Of a DNA stretch of 64,000 nucleotides, positions 11,642 through 24,963 are shown piece after piece. The position numbers and the translations under genes were made by a program. The stretch comes from Tubiluchus corallicola (lineage: Eukaryota > Animalia > Priapulida): positions 1 through 64,000 of the forward strand of contig JAQGDQ010000761.1 of NCBI GenBank assembly GCA_030141605.1, given 5' to 3'. The notes beneath the pieces are model-generated. The model did no database searches and was not told where the DNA came from. It was given only the letters and a program-made list of their open reading frames with translations. How positions within the stretch are numbered: the first letter of the stretch is position 1; each line of letters starts with the position of its first letter.

Positions 11642-12297
11642 TGTGAGCTTGCAAACCAAAACCGTTCATAAGTCGGCATAGTTAAAACTACGCTATGATG
11701 CTTCAATTTAGAAAGCACCAATTTGGTCAAATGTCGATTTTTTATTTTTACGAAAACAAATGCTAAATATATTGGACTTTTATATTCTAGCATCAAATTA
11801 TCAGCAAAATCTCCAAAAAATACTAAAAATCTAATTTTATTACTCCTTACCCAATTTTCTGTCTAGAAACTAGTACTGAAATTGTAAAAAAACTTGTATT
11901 TTCTAACTCCAGAAATTGTAGTTCGTGGAAGCAGCTGTTTTGCTTCGGGTTTTTTCTGTTTTGACAAGACCAGATCTTCGTCAGGAAGAGCCATCTACTG
12001 GACTTAAACATAACTTCAATTTGCTCTTGTAAAATCCATAGCAACCACACTTTCGTACGGTTGCTAAGTGTTTTGTAGAGACACGGTAAAAACAATGGCT
12101 AACTTTAACAGCGATTTTCTCAAAATTACGTTTTTCAGTGTGCAGCCTGCACCTCAACTTCAACGTGGATTATCTCAGCTCAGAAATAACATAGAGTGAT
12201 TCATCACGAAATAATATCACGAAATAGAGATTCGGATGTGAGAATAACTAGAAAAGTTTAATTGCTGACATGAACGATTTTGCTATGCAAGCACACA
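11642..12297. mobile_element. ~650-bp MITE, TGTG(T/A)GCTTGCA termini in TA context (superfamily unassigned), copy 1
   Basis: Imperfect TIRs tgtgagcttgcaaaccaaaaccgttcat / atgaacgattttgctatgcaagcacaca. Related copies at 16481 (inverted), 58055 and ~62404. Confidence 0.8.
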
Positions 12298-13489
12298 TAT
12301 AGAATCTATAGGTTTTCCTAAACACAGATCCACATTTGTTTACTTAGGATTTCATATGCCATCTGACAAACTTTTAAGTGTTAGGGTAACTGGAATGTTT
12401 GGAAAATGTCTGCATATATGAGCATCGTGTCATTGAAACAATTAATAATGTTTGTTCAGCAATGACCTGTACCGATTGATTCTTGACTGGTTTATAACTT
12501 GCTTAGGAACCTCCATCTCAAAATGAAATTAGTTTTGAACACTTTCAAGACACAGGAACAACTGATACGCATTTCTGCTTGGCAAAGCTCTCCATATCAA
12601 GTGAAACGAATCTTCAGAATTGGAACTCTGTGTTACTATACTGAACGTGGAAAAATAATGTGTGATCTTCTACAATATATATGTTGAATTCAGCAAATAT
12701 ATTGAATCACAAAGATTATAATAAATTGATTGAATTAGGAACATTATTCCATAGCAGGATGCCGTGAAAACACTTCAACTATATTTGAATCAATAAACGA
12801 CTCATCAAACTAAAATAAAACAAACATTATAGATGGAATAAGGACAGTATAATAAAAAAAGAATTGTTTTTATTGGCTAAAAAACAGGTATTTTACAGGC
12901 AATTGTGGGTAATTCCCTCAGCGTAAACAATAGCAATATGCAACACTCTTTGAAATGCAAAATGATTGAATAACCCTAACATGATGCAGAAAAGTGCCCT
13001 CCCAATGATCGGTATTGTTGTTACGGAAACTTTAATGATCATTAAATAGACAATAATCAATTATTATTAGCAGTATTTTCGATAATGGATGGCAGACCGA
13101 TCAAAGTTTCATCATTGATCAATTTTATATCGATGAGAAAATTTTACTAATTATTTTCACTGACTCACAATAAGCCAAAATAAAAACTCTAAGCCAAGAC
13201 CATGCAACAATAATAAGAGGTAATTCAGACCGCTTTGCAAAATAGTCTCAACTACTTTCAAATGGCCTTAGAATAAGGGAGTTGTACAACGCTATAACCA
13301 TTCTCCCATTACATCATATGGTAGAATTTCTCATTTGTCAGTCGTTAGTCTAGTCCACTAGCGAAACTCGGGCGCATGCACGATCAGCATTGCCGAGCAT
13401 TAGAGAGGACGGATAAATTAAATGGATCTTCATTTGTTCCTGTTTGAAACTAATTACTCTCATGGTTGTCAAGCTTATAAAATCCTTAG

Positions 13490-13523
<34 letters not shown>

Positions 13524-14345
13524 TTATTTGGAAGTGTAAATACAAACACAATATCAAGAAACACTGGGAAAAAATAGATATTAATAATAATGATTATATG
13601 AGTCAATTAAGCGATTGAGTCTATTAACCAGGAGTCTATTAAGCGGCAACTGCAGTACTGATATATAATGTGTCGGCACAGTTGCAGTAGTGCTAATGAA
13701 ACTACAGTAATCACATTAAATAAACTTTCTTAATCCAATCATTATCTTTGAAACAGAAATCGAAACTGTGTGCCTGCCATAGCAACATTTTATTTGAACG
13801 TGAATATCTGAAAAATACGTTTGGAAAAATATTCGTTCAAGGTGGTCATTTTTGCAACCCTTTCCAATTCGCCGACTTTTCGCCCCATTTTCTTCATTTT
13901 ACCTGACTTTTTATCAAATTGTCTTTTTCCCTGACTTTCCAGAATAGCCTGTATTTTCAAGGATTTTCCCTGACTGCAAGAATCCTGTTAGATCGAACCG
14001 GCAAGAAGGCAAATCTTACAGTACTAGCTGTCAGCAGGTTCAGGGATGAGAATGACAAATTGCAAAAATGCAGTTTTGCTCCTTAAACTGACTAAGCACG
14101 AACTATGAGGGCTGTTTTACTTTTTTTACCGACCTCACGTCGGTTTAACAACAGTTAAAGCAAAACCGGAGCAGATCCGAAATGAAGCTGATTCTGAAGT
14201 GCCGAAGTAGTGAAGCTTTGTCCCACCCTAGTGGTTGTTAATTGTAGAGATCAGTTCAGCCAAGATGAAGACTTTACGCATGTGATAAACGCAAAAGCAA
14301 TACTTTCTATGTTAAATGCATTAGTATAAACATATCCAGGCTTAC

Positions 14346-14519
14346 CTGTCCTTTCCTATTTACGCCGATAATGCCGCTCGTCGCCTCGTGAGGTGCCGTT
14401 ACGAATATGGTGTCCCCGCTGATGCGATTCATGTATATACAAGTAGCAGTCTCCAGATCGTACAGGTGGATATATCCATATTTGGTGATGAGAAAGATAA
14501 CGTCGTGTTTACTGCTCAC
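14346..14519 (-). CDS. CLTC: Clathrin heavy chain coding exon 6 ([15 protein letters not shown]...VNRKGQ)
   Basis: 174 nt, ctacag|GTG...CAG|gtaag. Confidence 0.97.
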
Positions 14520-14650
14520 CTGTAGAAATGTGGCAAAGGTAGGTTTCATATTTCATGACGTACAATTAGCATACTAAAGATACTAAATTGTACATTATTA
14601 CTTTTTAAATTTATTGTAAAAGCTGGAAAGTGAAACAGCAAGTTAACTAC

Positions 14651-15878
14651 AACTACATCTAGAGTAAAATGTGAAAGTTGAAAAAGCATGTACAACTACA
14701 TCTAGAGTAAAATGTGAAAGTTGAAAAAGCATGTACAACTACATCTAGAGTAAAATGTGAAAGTTGAAAAAGCATGTACAACTACATCTAGAGTAAAATG
14801 TGAAAGTTGAAAAAGCATGTACAACTACATCTAGAGTAAAATGTGAAAGTTGAAAAAGCATGTACAGCTACATCTAGAGGAAATGTGAAAGTTGAAAAAG
14901 CATGTACAACTACATCTAGAGTAAAACATGAAAGTTGAAAAAGCATGTACAACTACATCTAGAGTAAAACGTGAAAGTTGAAAAAGCATGTACAACTACA
15001 TCTAGAGTAAAACGTGAAAATTGAAAAAGCATGTACAACTACATCTAGAGTAAAACGTGAAAGTTGAAAAAGCATGTACAACTACATCTAGAGTAAAACG
15101 TGAAAATTGAAAAAGCATGTACAAACTACATCTAGAGTAAAACGTGAAAGTTGAAAAAGTATGTACAACTACATCTAAAGTAAAACGTGAAAGTTGAAAA
15201 AGCATGTACAACTACATCTAGAGTAAAATGTGAAAGTTGAAAAAGCATGTACAACTACATCTAAAGTAAAACGTGAAAGTTGAAAAAGCATGTACAACTA
15301 CATCTAAAGTAAAACGTGAAAGTTGAAAAAGCATGTACAACTAAATCTAAAGTAAAACGTGAAAGTTGAAAAAGCATGTAAAACTACATCTAAAGTAAAA
15401 CGTGAAAGTTGAAAAAGCATGTACAACTACATCTAAAGTAAAACGTGACAGTTGAAAAAGCATGTACAACTACATCTAGAGTAAAACGTGAAAGTTGAAA
15501 AAGCATGTACGACTACATCTAAAGTAAAACGTGAAAGTTGAAAAAGCATGTACAACTACATCTAAAGTAAAACGTGAAAGTTGAAAAAGCATGTACAACT
15601 ACATCTAAAGTAAAACGTGAAAGTTGAAAAAGCATGTACAACTACATCTAAAGTAAAATGCGAAAGTTGAAAAAGCATGTACAACTACATCTAGAGTAAA
15701 ATGTGAAAGTTGAAAAAGCATGTACAACTACATCTAGAGTAAAATGTGAAAGTTGAAAAAGCATGTACAACTACATGTAAAGTAAAACGTGAAAGTTGAA
15801 AAAGCATGTACAACTACATCTACAGTAAGCATGTACAATTCCATCTAGAGTAAAACGAGAAAGTTGAAAAAGCTGTAC
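14651..15878 (-). repeat. 43-bp minisatellite (~28 copies) abutting the exon 5 donor
   Basis: Unit aactacatctagagtaaaa(c/t)gtgaaagttgaaaaagcatgtac; the last degenerate copy is the donor itself. Confidence 0.95.
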
Positions 15879-15992
15879 CTGCATGGCGACGGGGAAATCA
15901 TTCTGCGCTTCCGGTGGGAAAAACACGTCAACGGCTTTTTTGGTGAATGGCGTATTGCCGGTTGGCGGAGTTCCTACCTCAATAATGTGCAA
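15879..15992 (-). CDS. CLTC: Clathrin heavy chain coding exon 5 ([10 protein letters not shown]...DFPVAMQ)
   Basis: 114 nt, tttag|TTG...CAG|gtaca. Confidence 0.97.
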
Positions 15993-16480
15993 CTAAAACA
16001 AGCAAGAAGATATGACAATAGAGCACTCATCTGACACATTACATAAGCGAGTTGTCGTTGCCGTGACAACAAACAAAAAATTCATTTGGTTACTTCAAGG
16101 CGAAACGAATTTTCGGAATCCATCTTTTGCTCGTAGCGCTAGCACAAAACCATTTTCTCATTTGGCAATTACAATAAATTTATTGAATTAGTAACCTTAC
16201 ACTCCACATGAGAATGCAACTTAATACTAAGCATACACACTGGGCATATTTATTTTGCGTTTGAACTAACACTGTTGCCATAAATGTATTTAAACGATGA
16301 AACCATAAAAGCGTGATGTTTTATTGGTGATTAAATTGAGCTCACGTGTTTGTTAAAGCACGTTTAAGCAAATATTGTGTGCAGGGTAAAGTTTGCACAC
16401 ACCAAGCTGGGGCCATATCACTGTAATTTTAGGGATCTTTGATACCTTCCTCATGGAAAAACAAAGAAATTAAAATATTA

Positions 16481-17105
16481 TGTGTGGCTTGCATAGCAAA
16501 ATCGTCCAAAAGTCACCAATCCTGAATCTCCATTTCATGAAGATCATTTTGATACCAAGTTCATTGCTCTATGTTATTTCTAAGCTGAGATAATCCACAT
16601 TGAAGTTGAGGTGTAGGCTGCTCATTGAAAAACAATCTTGAGAAAATCACTGTTAAAGTCAGCCATTGTTTTTTGTCGCGTCTCTACAAAACACTTAGCA
16701 ACCGTACGAAAGACGCTATGGATTTTGCTAGAGCAAATTGAAGTTACGTTTGAATCCAGTAGATGGCTTTCCCGATAAAGATCTGGTCTTGTGAACAGAA
16801 AAAAAACCAGAAGCAAAATGGCTGCTCCACGAACTACAATCGGAGTTAGAAAATACAAGTTTTTTTTTACAATTGCAGTACTAGTTTCTGGACAGAAAAG
16901 TGGGTAAGGAGTTATAAAATTAGATTTTTAGTATTTCTTGGAGATTTTCCTGATAATTTGATGCTAGAATATAAAAGTCCAATATATTTAGCATTTGTTT
17001 ACGTAAAAAATAAAAAATCGACATTTAACCAAATTTTTCGTGCTTTCTACTTTATAGCATCATAACTATACCGACTTATGGACAGTATTGGTTTGCAAGC
17101 ACACA
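16481..17105. mobile_element. TGTG..GCTTGCA MITE, copy 2 (inverted relative to copy 1)
   Basis: ta-tgtgtggcttgcatagcaaaatcg...ttggtttgcaagcacaca-ta; the interior is the reverse complement of 11642-12297. Confidence 0.8.
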
Positions 17106-17318
17106 TATATCAGGTGGCATAAAAACGTCCCAAGATTACGAATGCGACTTCATTTGAAAATTATTATAGTGATCTTGCGTGAGTTCAAACATGAACATCA
17201 AATATTCTGGGTCATTTCTTAACATTTTTCAAAATACACACGAAAGTCTTAAATCCACAAGTCAAAAAATTAATGTTGGTAGAAGCTCGTATAACACTGT
17301 TGTTAAAATATTTATAGC

Positions 17319-17420
17319 TAGGGTTACCATACGTCCAGGTTTCCCCGGACACGTCCTCTTTTTGGGCCTCTGTCCGGGCAGGTTTCCAAAAAATCGGCAG
17401 TTTGTCCGGGTTTTGCCTCA
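17319..17420 (+). mobile_element. hAT (Blackjack-like) terminal fragment
   Basis: TAGGGTTACCATACGTCC... followed by repeated tgtccggg subterminal motifs; the opposite end was not found. Confidence 0.5.
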
Positions 17421-18112
17421 ATCCGTAAATATGTACGGACGTTGCCAACTGCAGAGGCGTACGACAGTACGAGACAAAGAAAAGCTCGTTAATTTTCAAT
17501 ACAAGATGTTGCTAACATCTCAAAATGCAACCCTTGTAAAAGCTTTGTGTACAAAAGTAAGCTATGCGCACACCACTGTAGAATTTGCATTTTATTTTGC
17601 ATTGTTTTTTATAATGTAAATTATAATTTCTGTATGTCAGTGCATGAAAATTAACGCCCAGTTTAATATACTTCAATATAGCAATATATAGATGCATCTG
17701 ATTTTCAGTTCCGTTATTTGCGTGATAATTTATTTTGATGACTATCAAAAATTATGCTTATTTCATGAAGTATGTTTAAGTTGTCATTGTTCTTACGTTT
17801 CCATTGTCAGATTTTTATTTTCAGTTGGTATTTGATTTTTATCATACACTTATATCATTACTGCACATGAATTGTATTAATATGTTATATATAACGCGTT
17901 ATAAACATATCAATTTAATGTCATTTGTAAGAATTAAATTCTAACTATAGGCAGTACTAACACTAATACACTGTAGCGCAGCACTTATATAAAAATGTTC
18001 ATCACTAACCAAAGGGCTGATGACCAATTGGCCTTTCGCTGCCCTTTCTTCACAATTTTTTTTTCAAATTAATTGTATTATAACTGTATGTGTGTTGCAA
18101 GATAAATAAAAA

Positions 18113-18190
18113 AGATTATGATTATGATTATGATTATGATTATGATTATGACTATGACTATGACTATGACTATGATTATGAATATGATTA
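18113..18190. repeat. Compound hexamer microsatellite (GATTAT)n(GACTAT)n
   Basis: Direct reading. Confidence 0.95.
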
Positions 18191-18274
18191 CCAACTGTCT
18201 GCTAATATATTGTTAAAATTGTCACTGTTTTTCCGACAGTTATGTAAACAATGATGCAAAAAATATTATGATAC

Positions 18275-18436
18275 CTTTCCGCCCTGAGCGCTCCGTACGG
18301 CGAAACAAAAGAGGGTAGATTTCTCCGCATTCCCCTCCATCTTGAATTGTGCAAACGCTGCTGCGTGCCCCTCGATTGGTTGACTGACTTTCCGCTCGAT
18401 AGAATAGAGCTGCATCGCTCCGACTACACGATTTTG
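18275..18436 (-). CDS. CLTC: Clathrin heavy chain coding exon 4 ([12 protein letters not shown]...SAQGGK)
   Basis: 162 nt, ttgcag|CAA...AAG|gtatc. Confidence 0.97.
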
Positions 18437-19050
18437 CTGCAAATGTTTGAATAAATCAACTTTATGCAGATTTCTCTCGGGTGACCTTATAAAACGTGTA
18501 AACTGGCCGTTTATGCGAAGCAACACATTAAAATTTCATTTACAGATATTCGAGAATGACAGAATGTGCATGTGGAATCTTAACACCAGGGATTTACTGT
18601 AAACTATAACTGTGATTAAAACACTAAACTCTATTTTATTAAAATATATACAACTCTATTGTAGTAAGTTTTGATTTTAATAAAACTATTAAATTAAAAG
18701 CCATGACGTCCAAACAGTCTCGTAAGCTCATTTTGCGTGGTCAATCGCGGTCAACAACAAAATTTAACAAACGCGTAATGTTATTTTGCTGTTTTGAATT
18801 AGCAAAATTACTACAAAATGGTTTAAATTAACAGCATCAAAACTTGATATTTTTCGAGGAACAGTTTTAGTGTCATAGTGAGCATAACCCGGTTTTATAT
18901 TTGCAATTTAAAATCGCCAGGTTCCTGAAAGAATTTCCAGGAATTTTCCAAAATTTTCTGAAAAATTTGGCATCTTTTGCAGACGAGAGGTCACACTGGT
19001 CAGATGACAATGGACATCATGAATGCAAAACTTACACTATCAGCTGCAAC

Positions 19051-19319
19051 TTGCGCTGTGATTCCTATCAGCAACAACCACTGCTGTTTCTCATCCGTAC
19101 GATAATTGATGATCTGACAACCCGCCAAACTGGAATGTCGATCGAACATTTTCACCGGCTGAGATTCGCCCTCCATCGACCAATGGTACACCGACGTTTC
19201 GGTTGCCATGGCGACCGTGTTCACGCTGATCCACTTCCAGAAGACGATTTCGTCGGACATGAGGTGAGCCTTCATTTTACTTTTCATTTCGATGTTGAAG
19301 ATTTGGAGTGTCTTCCCAG
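19051..19319 (-). CDS. CLTC: Clathrin heavy chain coding exon 3 ([15 protein letters not shown]...IGITAQ); an alternative donor extends it to 19036
   Basis: 269 nt, ttttcag|CT GGG...CAA|gttgca; a second in-frame donor AGT|gtaagt lies 15 nt further. Confidence 0.94.
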
Positions 19320-19371
19320 CTGAAAAACATACCCGGCTTAGTAAACACAACATTAATCTTTCAGTATAAAT

Positions 19372-19953
19372 TTACGACTCCGTGTGTACGCAATGCGTAA
19401 TCCGTGATGAACATTTGAACATGGTCGCTATCATCGGAACACGCACCACACATCATGCAGACAGGAAACCGCCATTACCTAGGTAATTATAGCGAGTTTT
19501 CATTTTTCCGGTGACCAATTTTGCTGTTTAGCTTTCTGAAAATTGCAATTAGGTGAGTTTTGTTCACTTGAAGACTTACAAACAGTAATATTTTTTCTAT
19601 TTCTGAGTTTTTGAAAGGTGGAAGAAGCATGTAGTTACGTATTGTGCATCTAACTGCAGTTTTTCCACTGACTGACATCTGCCGTATTGTTCTTTCCCAT
19701 GCTCCCCTAAATTTGCGCTTTCTTTTTGAATTTTCCTGTCTAGGTAGTAAGCTAACGCGGCAGCTAGCGTTATCAAGCTTAAATTTCAACAAAGACATGG
19801 CTTCCAAAATTTCACGAATAGCAACCAAAAATGGCGGAAAGAGCGCCGTGAGATTTGTTAATATGCATAGCGTTTATGGAAACGTGGAAACAGTCAATAC
19901 GCATCATGCATTACGAATCACAGGTCACGCATTACGTGTACACGGAGTCGTAA
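19372..19953. mobile_element. Unclassified ~580-bp TIR element
   Basis: ttacgactccgtgtgtacgcaatgcgt at the left is the imperfect inverted match of acgcattacgtgtacacggagtcgtaa at the right. Confidence 0.7.
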
Positions 19954-20365
19954 CTTAAGTAAAAATCTCTTTATGCTGCCTATTGTGGGAGTGCAAAAAA
20001 GTTGGCATTATTGTTTTGGATATAAGTACGTGGTGCCTCCTGGTGTTTGTTTTTCCTAGTTTAGACAGGTGAGCTAGGTCAGGAAATAGGCCATTGGCCT
20101 CATTTCACAGTTAGAATATGAAAGTAGTGTGTCACCGGTATGCGGCAAAGATGTAAGTTTCATTTCTTCACATTTTGTCATGTCATATTATTGTTAATTA
20201 TCATTATACCAGTTACTTGATGTTTAGACGTTGGTTTAGCAGAAAGAATTTTTAATTTTTCTTCAGATAGCCAGAAGTCGAACGCATGTCGCGTACAATT
20301 ATAATGTAATGAGGTGCATTAATACATACATGTCTGCGTAGATATGAACATTTTGTTTTGCTAAA

Positions 20366-20721
20366 GGGGGAGGAGGTCAAGTGACCCAACAGCCATGTGT
20401 ACAGGAGTAAACCTTCCAAATCAGGAGTGGAGCCCCGAAAGCGGACCAGTGCAGCATGCTCACTGACTCCGGCAGCTCCTGCAGCCAACCTGATGACAAA
20501 CGTATCGCTCCGCTTTCCTTTGGACTACAGCAGGGAGGAAGAGAGGGGGTTCCTGTTGTCTGGGCAACTCAGGATCTCCATACACCTTGCCCAGGCGTGC
20601 GCCCTGGAGACGTTCAAGGATCGCACTGCTCAGCCACAGTCGACGCTGCAGCTCCATCAATATTATCAATAATTGACTCTCTTGGCGTACACTCCATTGT
20701 CTTCCGAGACAGGAAGCCAAC
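20366..20721 (+). mobile_element. 5S-SINE copy B (5'-truncated)
   Basis: High identity to 6385-6735; no 5S head. Confidence 0.9.
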
Positions 20722-21086
20722 CAAGGACGTTAAGCAAGGTTGGCACTATAAAGGGGGGGGGGGCGTTAAAACGAGGTTTGAAAGTAATCCACTTTTTGAC
20801 TTATATTTATAAAAAAATCATTTTCTAAAGTGGAGTGTACATGACAACCGGATGCGGAGCATGCATTTCCTATGAAAAAAATCAATAGGAATAGGTGCAG
20901 AAAAACAATATAGCATAGCGCAGGCTGCACAGCGCACTGAAAACAATATAAGCTGATTTTATCTATTCCGCACACCGCAAAACGCATCCGGATGTTAGGT
21001 AAAGAACAAACATAACAGAAGCTCCCGAAAAAAAGCACAATAAAAAGGAGGATCACTGTTCCAGGCGCTATTCCATCATAGCCACG

Positions 21087-21690
21087 TCAATCAATCAATC
21101 GATCAATCAATTTATTTCACTCCAGCAATACATATACAATACATCAACATACCATATTATTGAAACAAAAAGAAACAGTATAGGTAAAAAAACGTTGATG
21201 AAGTCAAATTAACCAAATAAAAGAGTTGCTGTATGACACCTTGAAAGTTTGGCTTGTTAGGGTGGCACGAATGAGTGAATGAAAGAATGGTTAGGGTTAG
21301 TAGACATGATGGAATGGAAAAAAATAGTAAGATTAGGGATAGGAAGAAGGAAGGGAGGAGAGGATGAGTGAATGAAAGAATTGTTAGGGTAGGTAGACAT
21401 GATGAAATGGAAAAAATAGTAAGATTAGGGATAGGAAGAAGGAAAAGAGGAGAGGAAACGATCACAGTGTATGTTTAATTTACATAGAGCTATATTAAAA
21501 TAGCATTATAATTGATTGGAGGCCATATATTGTGACTGCATGAGACATGGAACCATTAAAATTGTATTATAAGTATGAATCAAAAATGGTCCTTTTCAAG
21601 TACTTTTTGAAACTATAAATAGTTTTGTGTATTTTTACTTGGGCACTTATTTTATTTCCATGAGCGAAGAGCCAATAGTGGTAACTAACA
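21087..21690 (-). mobile_element. LINE 3' fragment (CR1/L2 group) with AATAAA-(ATTG)n tail, copy 1
   Basis: The minus strand ends ...gaaataaattgattgatcgattgattga; ORF2-end-like SFKKYLKRTIFDSYL*; second copy at 25975-26500. Confidence 0.7.
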
Positions 21691-22597
21691 CCTAAAAAAC
21701 ACGTGTAGCAACTTGAATATTCAAGGACCACATAGAGGCTAGAGTACAGCATTCGCTCACGTTTTTATCATCATCCAAAGATGCTGGTAGTCTAGGATGC
21801 AGAAAAGTTCGTGCTATTCAAGTAACACGTCACGTATTGTTACAATCGATTACATTTCACATTATCCATCCCTTTCTAATCACACGTAGCTGATGAGGTA
21901 CCCCACATTCACTAATAGTACATGGTTGAAATCATAATTAAAGGCTTATTACACATTCATGAGATGTTTTATGAAAAATCAGATGCAAATGTCACATTCT
22001 ATTTGTTACGACACGTATATTTAGAACGCGTGACAATTTTCTTACAACACGTAATTCAGAATACTGTTAAAATCTGCACATGTTCATATTTAATGCTTAG
22101 TTTTTCACACTGGTTAAAAGCAGTGTGAATTTAAAAAATCACTACAGTTTGGGCAATATTGTTCCTTAGTGCAGTATTCATTCTATCATACCAGGTGGTT
22201 CATAAAAAACGTGCAGTGGTTTTGAATGCGATACTAAAAGGAAAAAACTGAATTGTTTGAAAATTCCCTTAACCCTTATAGGGTCACGATTTTTTACAAC
22301 CGATTTTTTAATAATCGGAGGGTAAAAAATTACCCCCACCATAATTCGTAAATTACTTTTGATGAACCGCCGTGTTTCATTAGTAAACAGCAACAGCATA
22401 ATTTTTGGTCATGCTGACCACCATAGGATACATTATACCGCTGCTTAAAGACATGTTACTTACTAGTAATACGAAATTTAAATTCACTTAGTTACGTTCC
22501 CTTATCTATGCTGGAATAACTGTAGACAACCGACATTGCTAGCGCGGAAAAATCATTGTTATTTTGAATTTATTGTCTACTACTTTCTTCTTTTAGG

Positions 22598-22980
22598 TGC
22601 ACAAGCAGCCAACGGCTAGAGGACGGAGGAGGTCAAGTGACCCAACAGCCATGTGTAGAGGAGTAAACCTTCCAAATTGGGAGTGGAGCCCCGGAGGCGG
22701 ACCAGTGGAGCATGCTCACTGACTCCGGCAGCTCCTGCAGCCAACCTAGTGCCAAACATATCGCTCCGCTTTCCTTTGGACTACACCAGGGAGGAAGAGA
22801 GGGGGCTCCTGTTGTCTGGGCAACTCAGGATCTCCATACACCTTGCCCAGGCGTGCGCCTTGGAGACGTTCAAGGATCGGACTGCTCAGCCACAGTCGAT
22901 GCTGCAGCTCCATCAATGTGATCAATAACTGACTCTCTTGGCGCACACTCCATTGTCTTCCGAGGCAGAAGGATGCCAAT
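22598..22980 (+). mobile_element. 5S-SINE copy C (5'-truncated)
   Basis: High identity to 6356-6738; ends ggatgccaat. Confidence 0.9.
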
Positions 22981-24769
22981 AATTGAGTTACTTTATATGT
23001 CAATGTGGCTGTTCTTCAATTGATGATTAGCCGACATTATTCCAACATTCACAGTGTGAAATTTCAACTTTGCAAGGCCACTTGCTTCTGACATTATTGT
23101 AAATTTCAGCACTTTTTTGCACCACCCAATAGAAAATAATTTTCAACACAACTTCTCATTTTCATCAAAACTAAAAATCGTTTTTATTGAACAAAGAACA
23201 GTTTTCGCCAGTGGGATGGGGCACCAGCCTTTATTAAAAACCATTATTTGCTGTCATCGATTACTGCAGGCAATTTGGTCAAACAAAAACATCCATTACA
23301 CCAGCATTTCCCTTCATGTGACATCATCATCTCATATATGAGCTTCATTCATTACATCATTCCATTTTAAGCACTAATGTTTTCGTTTATCATACGATTC
23401 ACTTAAATTTTCAGATTATTTCTATTACTTTTTTTTCTTTCACTGTGTGGGACAATCTAACAAGCCCTGCTTTTTGATTGCCCGCAACACATTTACATTT
23501 GTATATAGGTGAACAGTGTTTGAGGCTTTTCCTGTGCAGAAACAATAAAAACTTATTTGTATTACGTTCATTGTAGGCCCTTTCACTAGATATTGTACAT
23601 GAAACTATTCTAAATGTGTAATGTGAAATAAATGACTTATGACTTATATGACTTACATGTACATTATGTCTATTGCAGAGATTTGGCAGGCAGAATTCTA
23701 AAATAAAAGAACTGTGTCCTCAAGACATGCAAACACAACAGTAGTCGAGCAAAAAAACTAGACACTGCTCTTTTCAGTCAGCACCACTAGATTAACTTTC
23801 GATGACAGTAAAAACAACAATATGGAAAATCTTGGAAATAAGAGTTAAATTCTTAAAATTACAACGTAAGTTACAGCTGTGTGCAAACATATGTTAGCTT
23901 TCATTAAGCGCATATGTAGTAAATTAAATAGAAAATTTCACTTCATTCTGGTGCAAAACAGACAGAAAAAAACTTAACAATATTTACAAAATATTTGCAA
24001 AATGACTTACGTGAAAGAATTATTACCACACAAACACAATTTCGCGTTCGTTCCACAAATTCTTCGCTGTCACACGCATTTCGCCATTTGCTAGCTAGAC
24101 GGGCACTATCATTTCGCAAACACACTGCACAAAAAACAGGTGTTGTACCTCTCTCATCATTAATTGAGTTAAAATGAATATTTGTCATCCGACTTGAAAA
24201 TGGGGTAGTATATAAAAAATCATCCTGTCTTCCTTTAAGAATACTTCACCTACTCAACTTTATCAAGCATTGTACCCAATCAGAAGAACAAAAAGAAGGT
24301 GCCCACAATGACAGTTTTGAATTGATGATTAACACAACACGGTGATGATTATTTAATACATACAAGCACTTAACACAATACATGTTAAAGCCGATCATGA
24401 AGACGTATAAATTTTCCATCGGATGAAATAGTTTTCTTTCGCTGGTTTATATCAGCTATAGTTATAGCTTGGTTATAGCACCTAACGCATTTCAACTTTT
24501 ATAGATATCATCATGTCAATTCCGTTCGGTCCTGGTTGTTTGGCATCTCTGCCTGTTGACGGCTGTTCATAGCTGCCAGCACATTTAATAATTTCCATGA
24601 ACATGTTGCATGTGTTCGCAAAAGCGAAAATTGAAGTACAGCGCTAATGTACAAGTCAGTGTGATGAACAAAAAGTCGACAAATTTTAAGTTTAAAATTC
24701 AAATTTTGAGTTTGATGATGTGGTTACGCATGAGCTCTCGAACGCATGCACTACAACACAACTGAACAC

Positions 24770-24963
24770 CTGTGAACTGAGAGGTACAGTGCCTGGTTTT
24801 TGTACAACGCATTGAACAGTTGTGAACTGAGAGATACAGTGCCTGGTTTTTGTACAACGCATTGAACACACTTGTGAACTGAGAGGTACAGCGCCTGGTT
24901 TTTGTACAACGCATTGAAAACCTGTGAACTGAGAGGTACAGCGCCTGGTTTTTGTACAACGCA
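24770..24963. repeat. ~50-bp tandem repeat (4 copies)
   Basis: Unit tgtgaactgagaggtacagcgcctggtttttgtacaacgcattgaaca(n). Confidence 0.9.
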
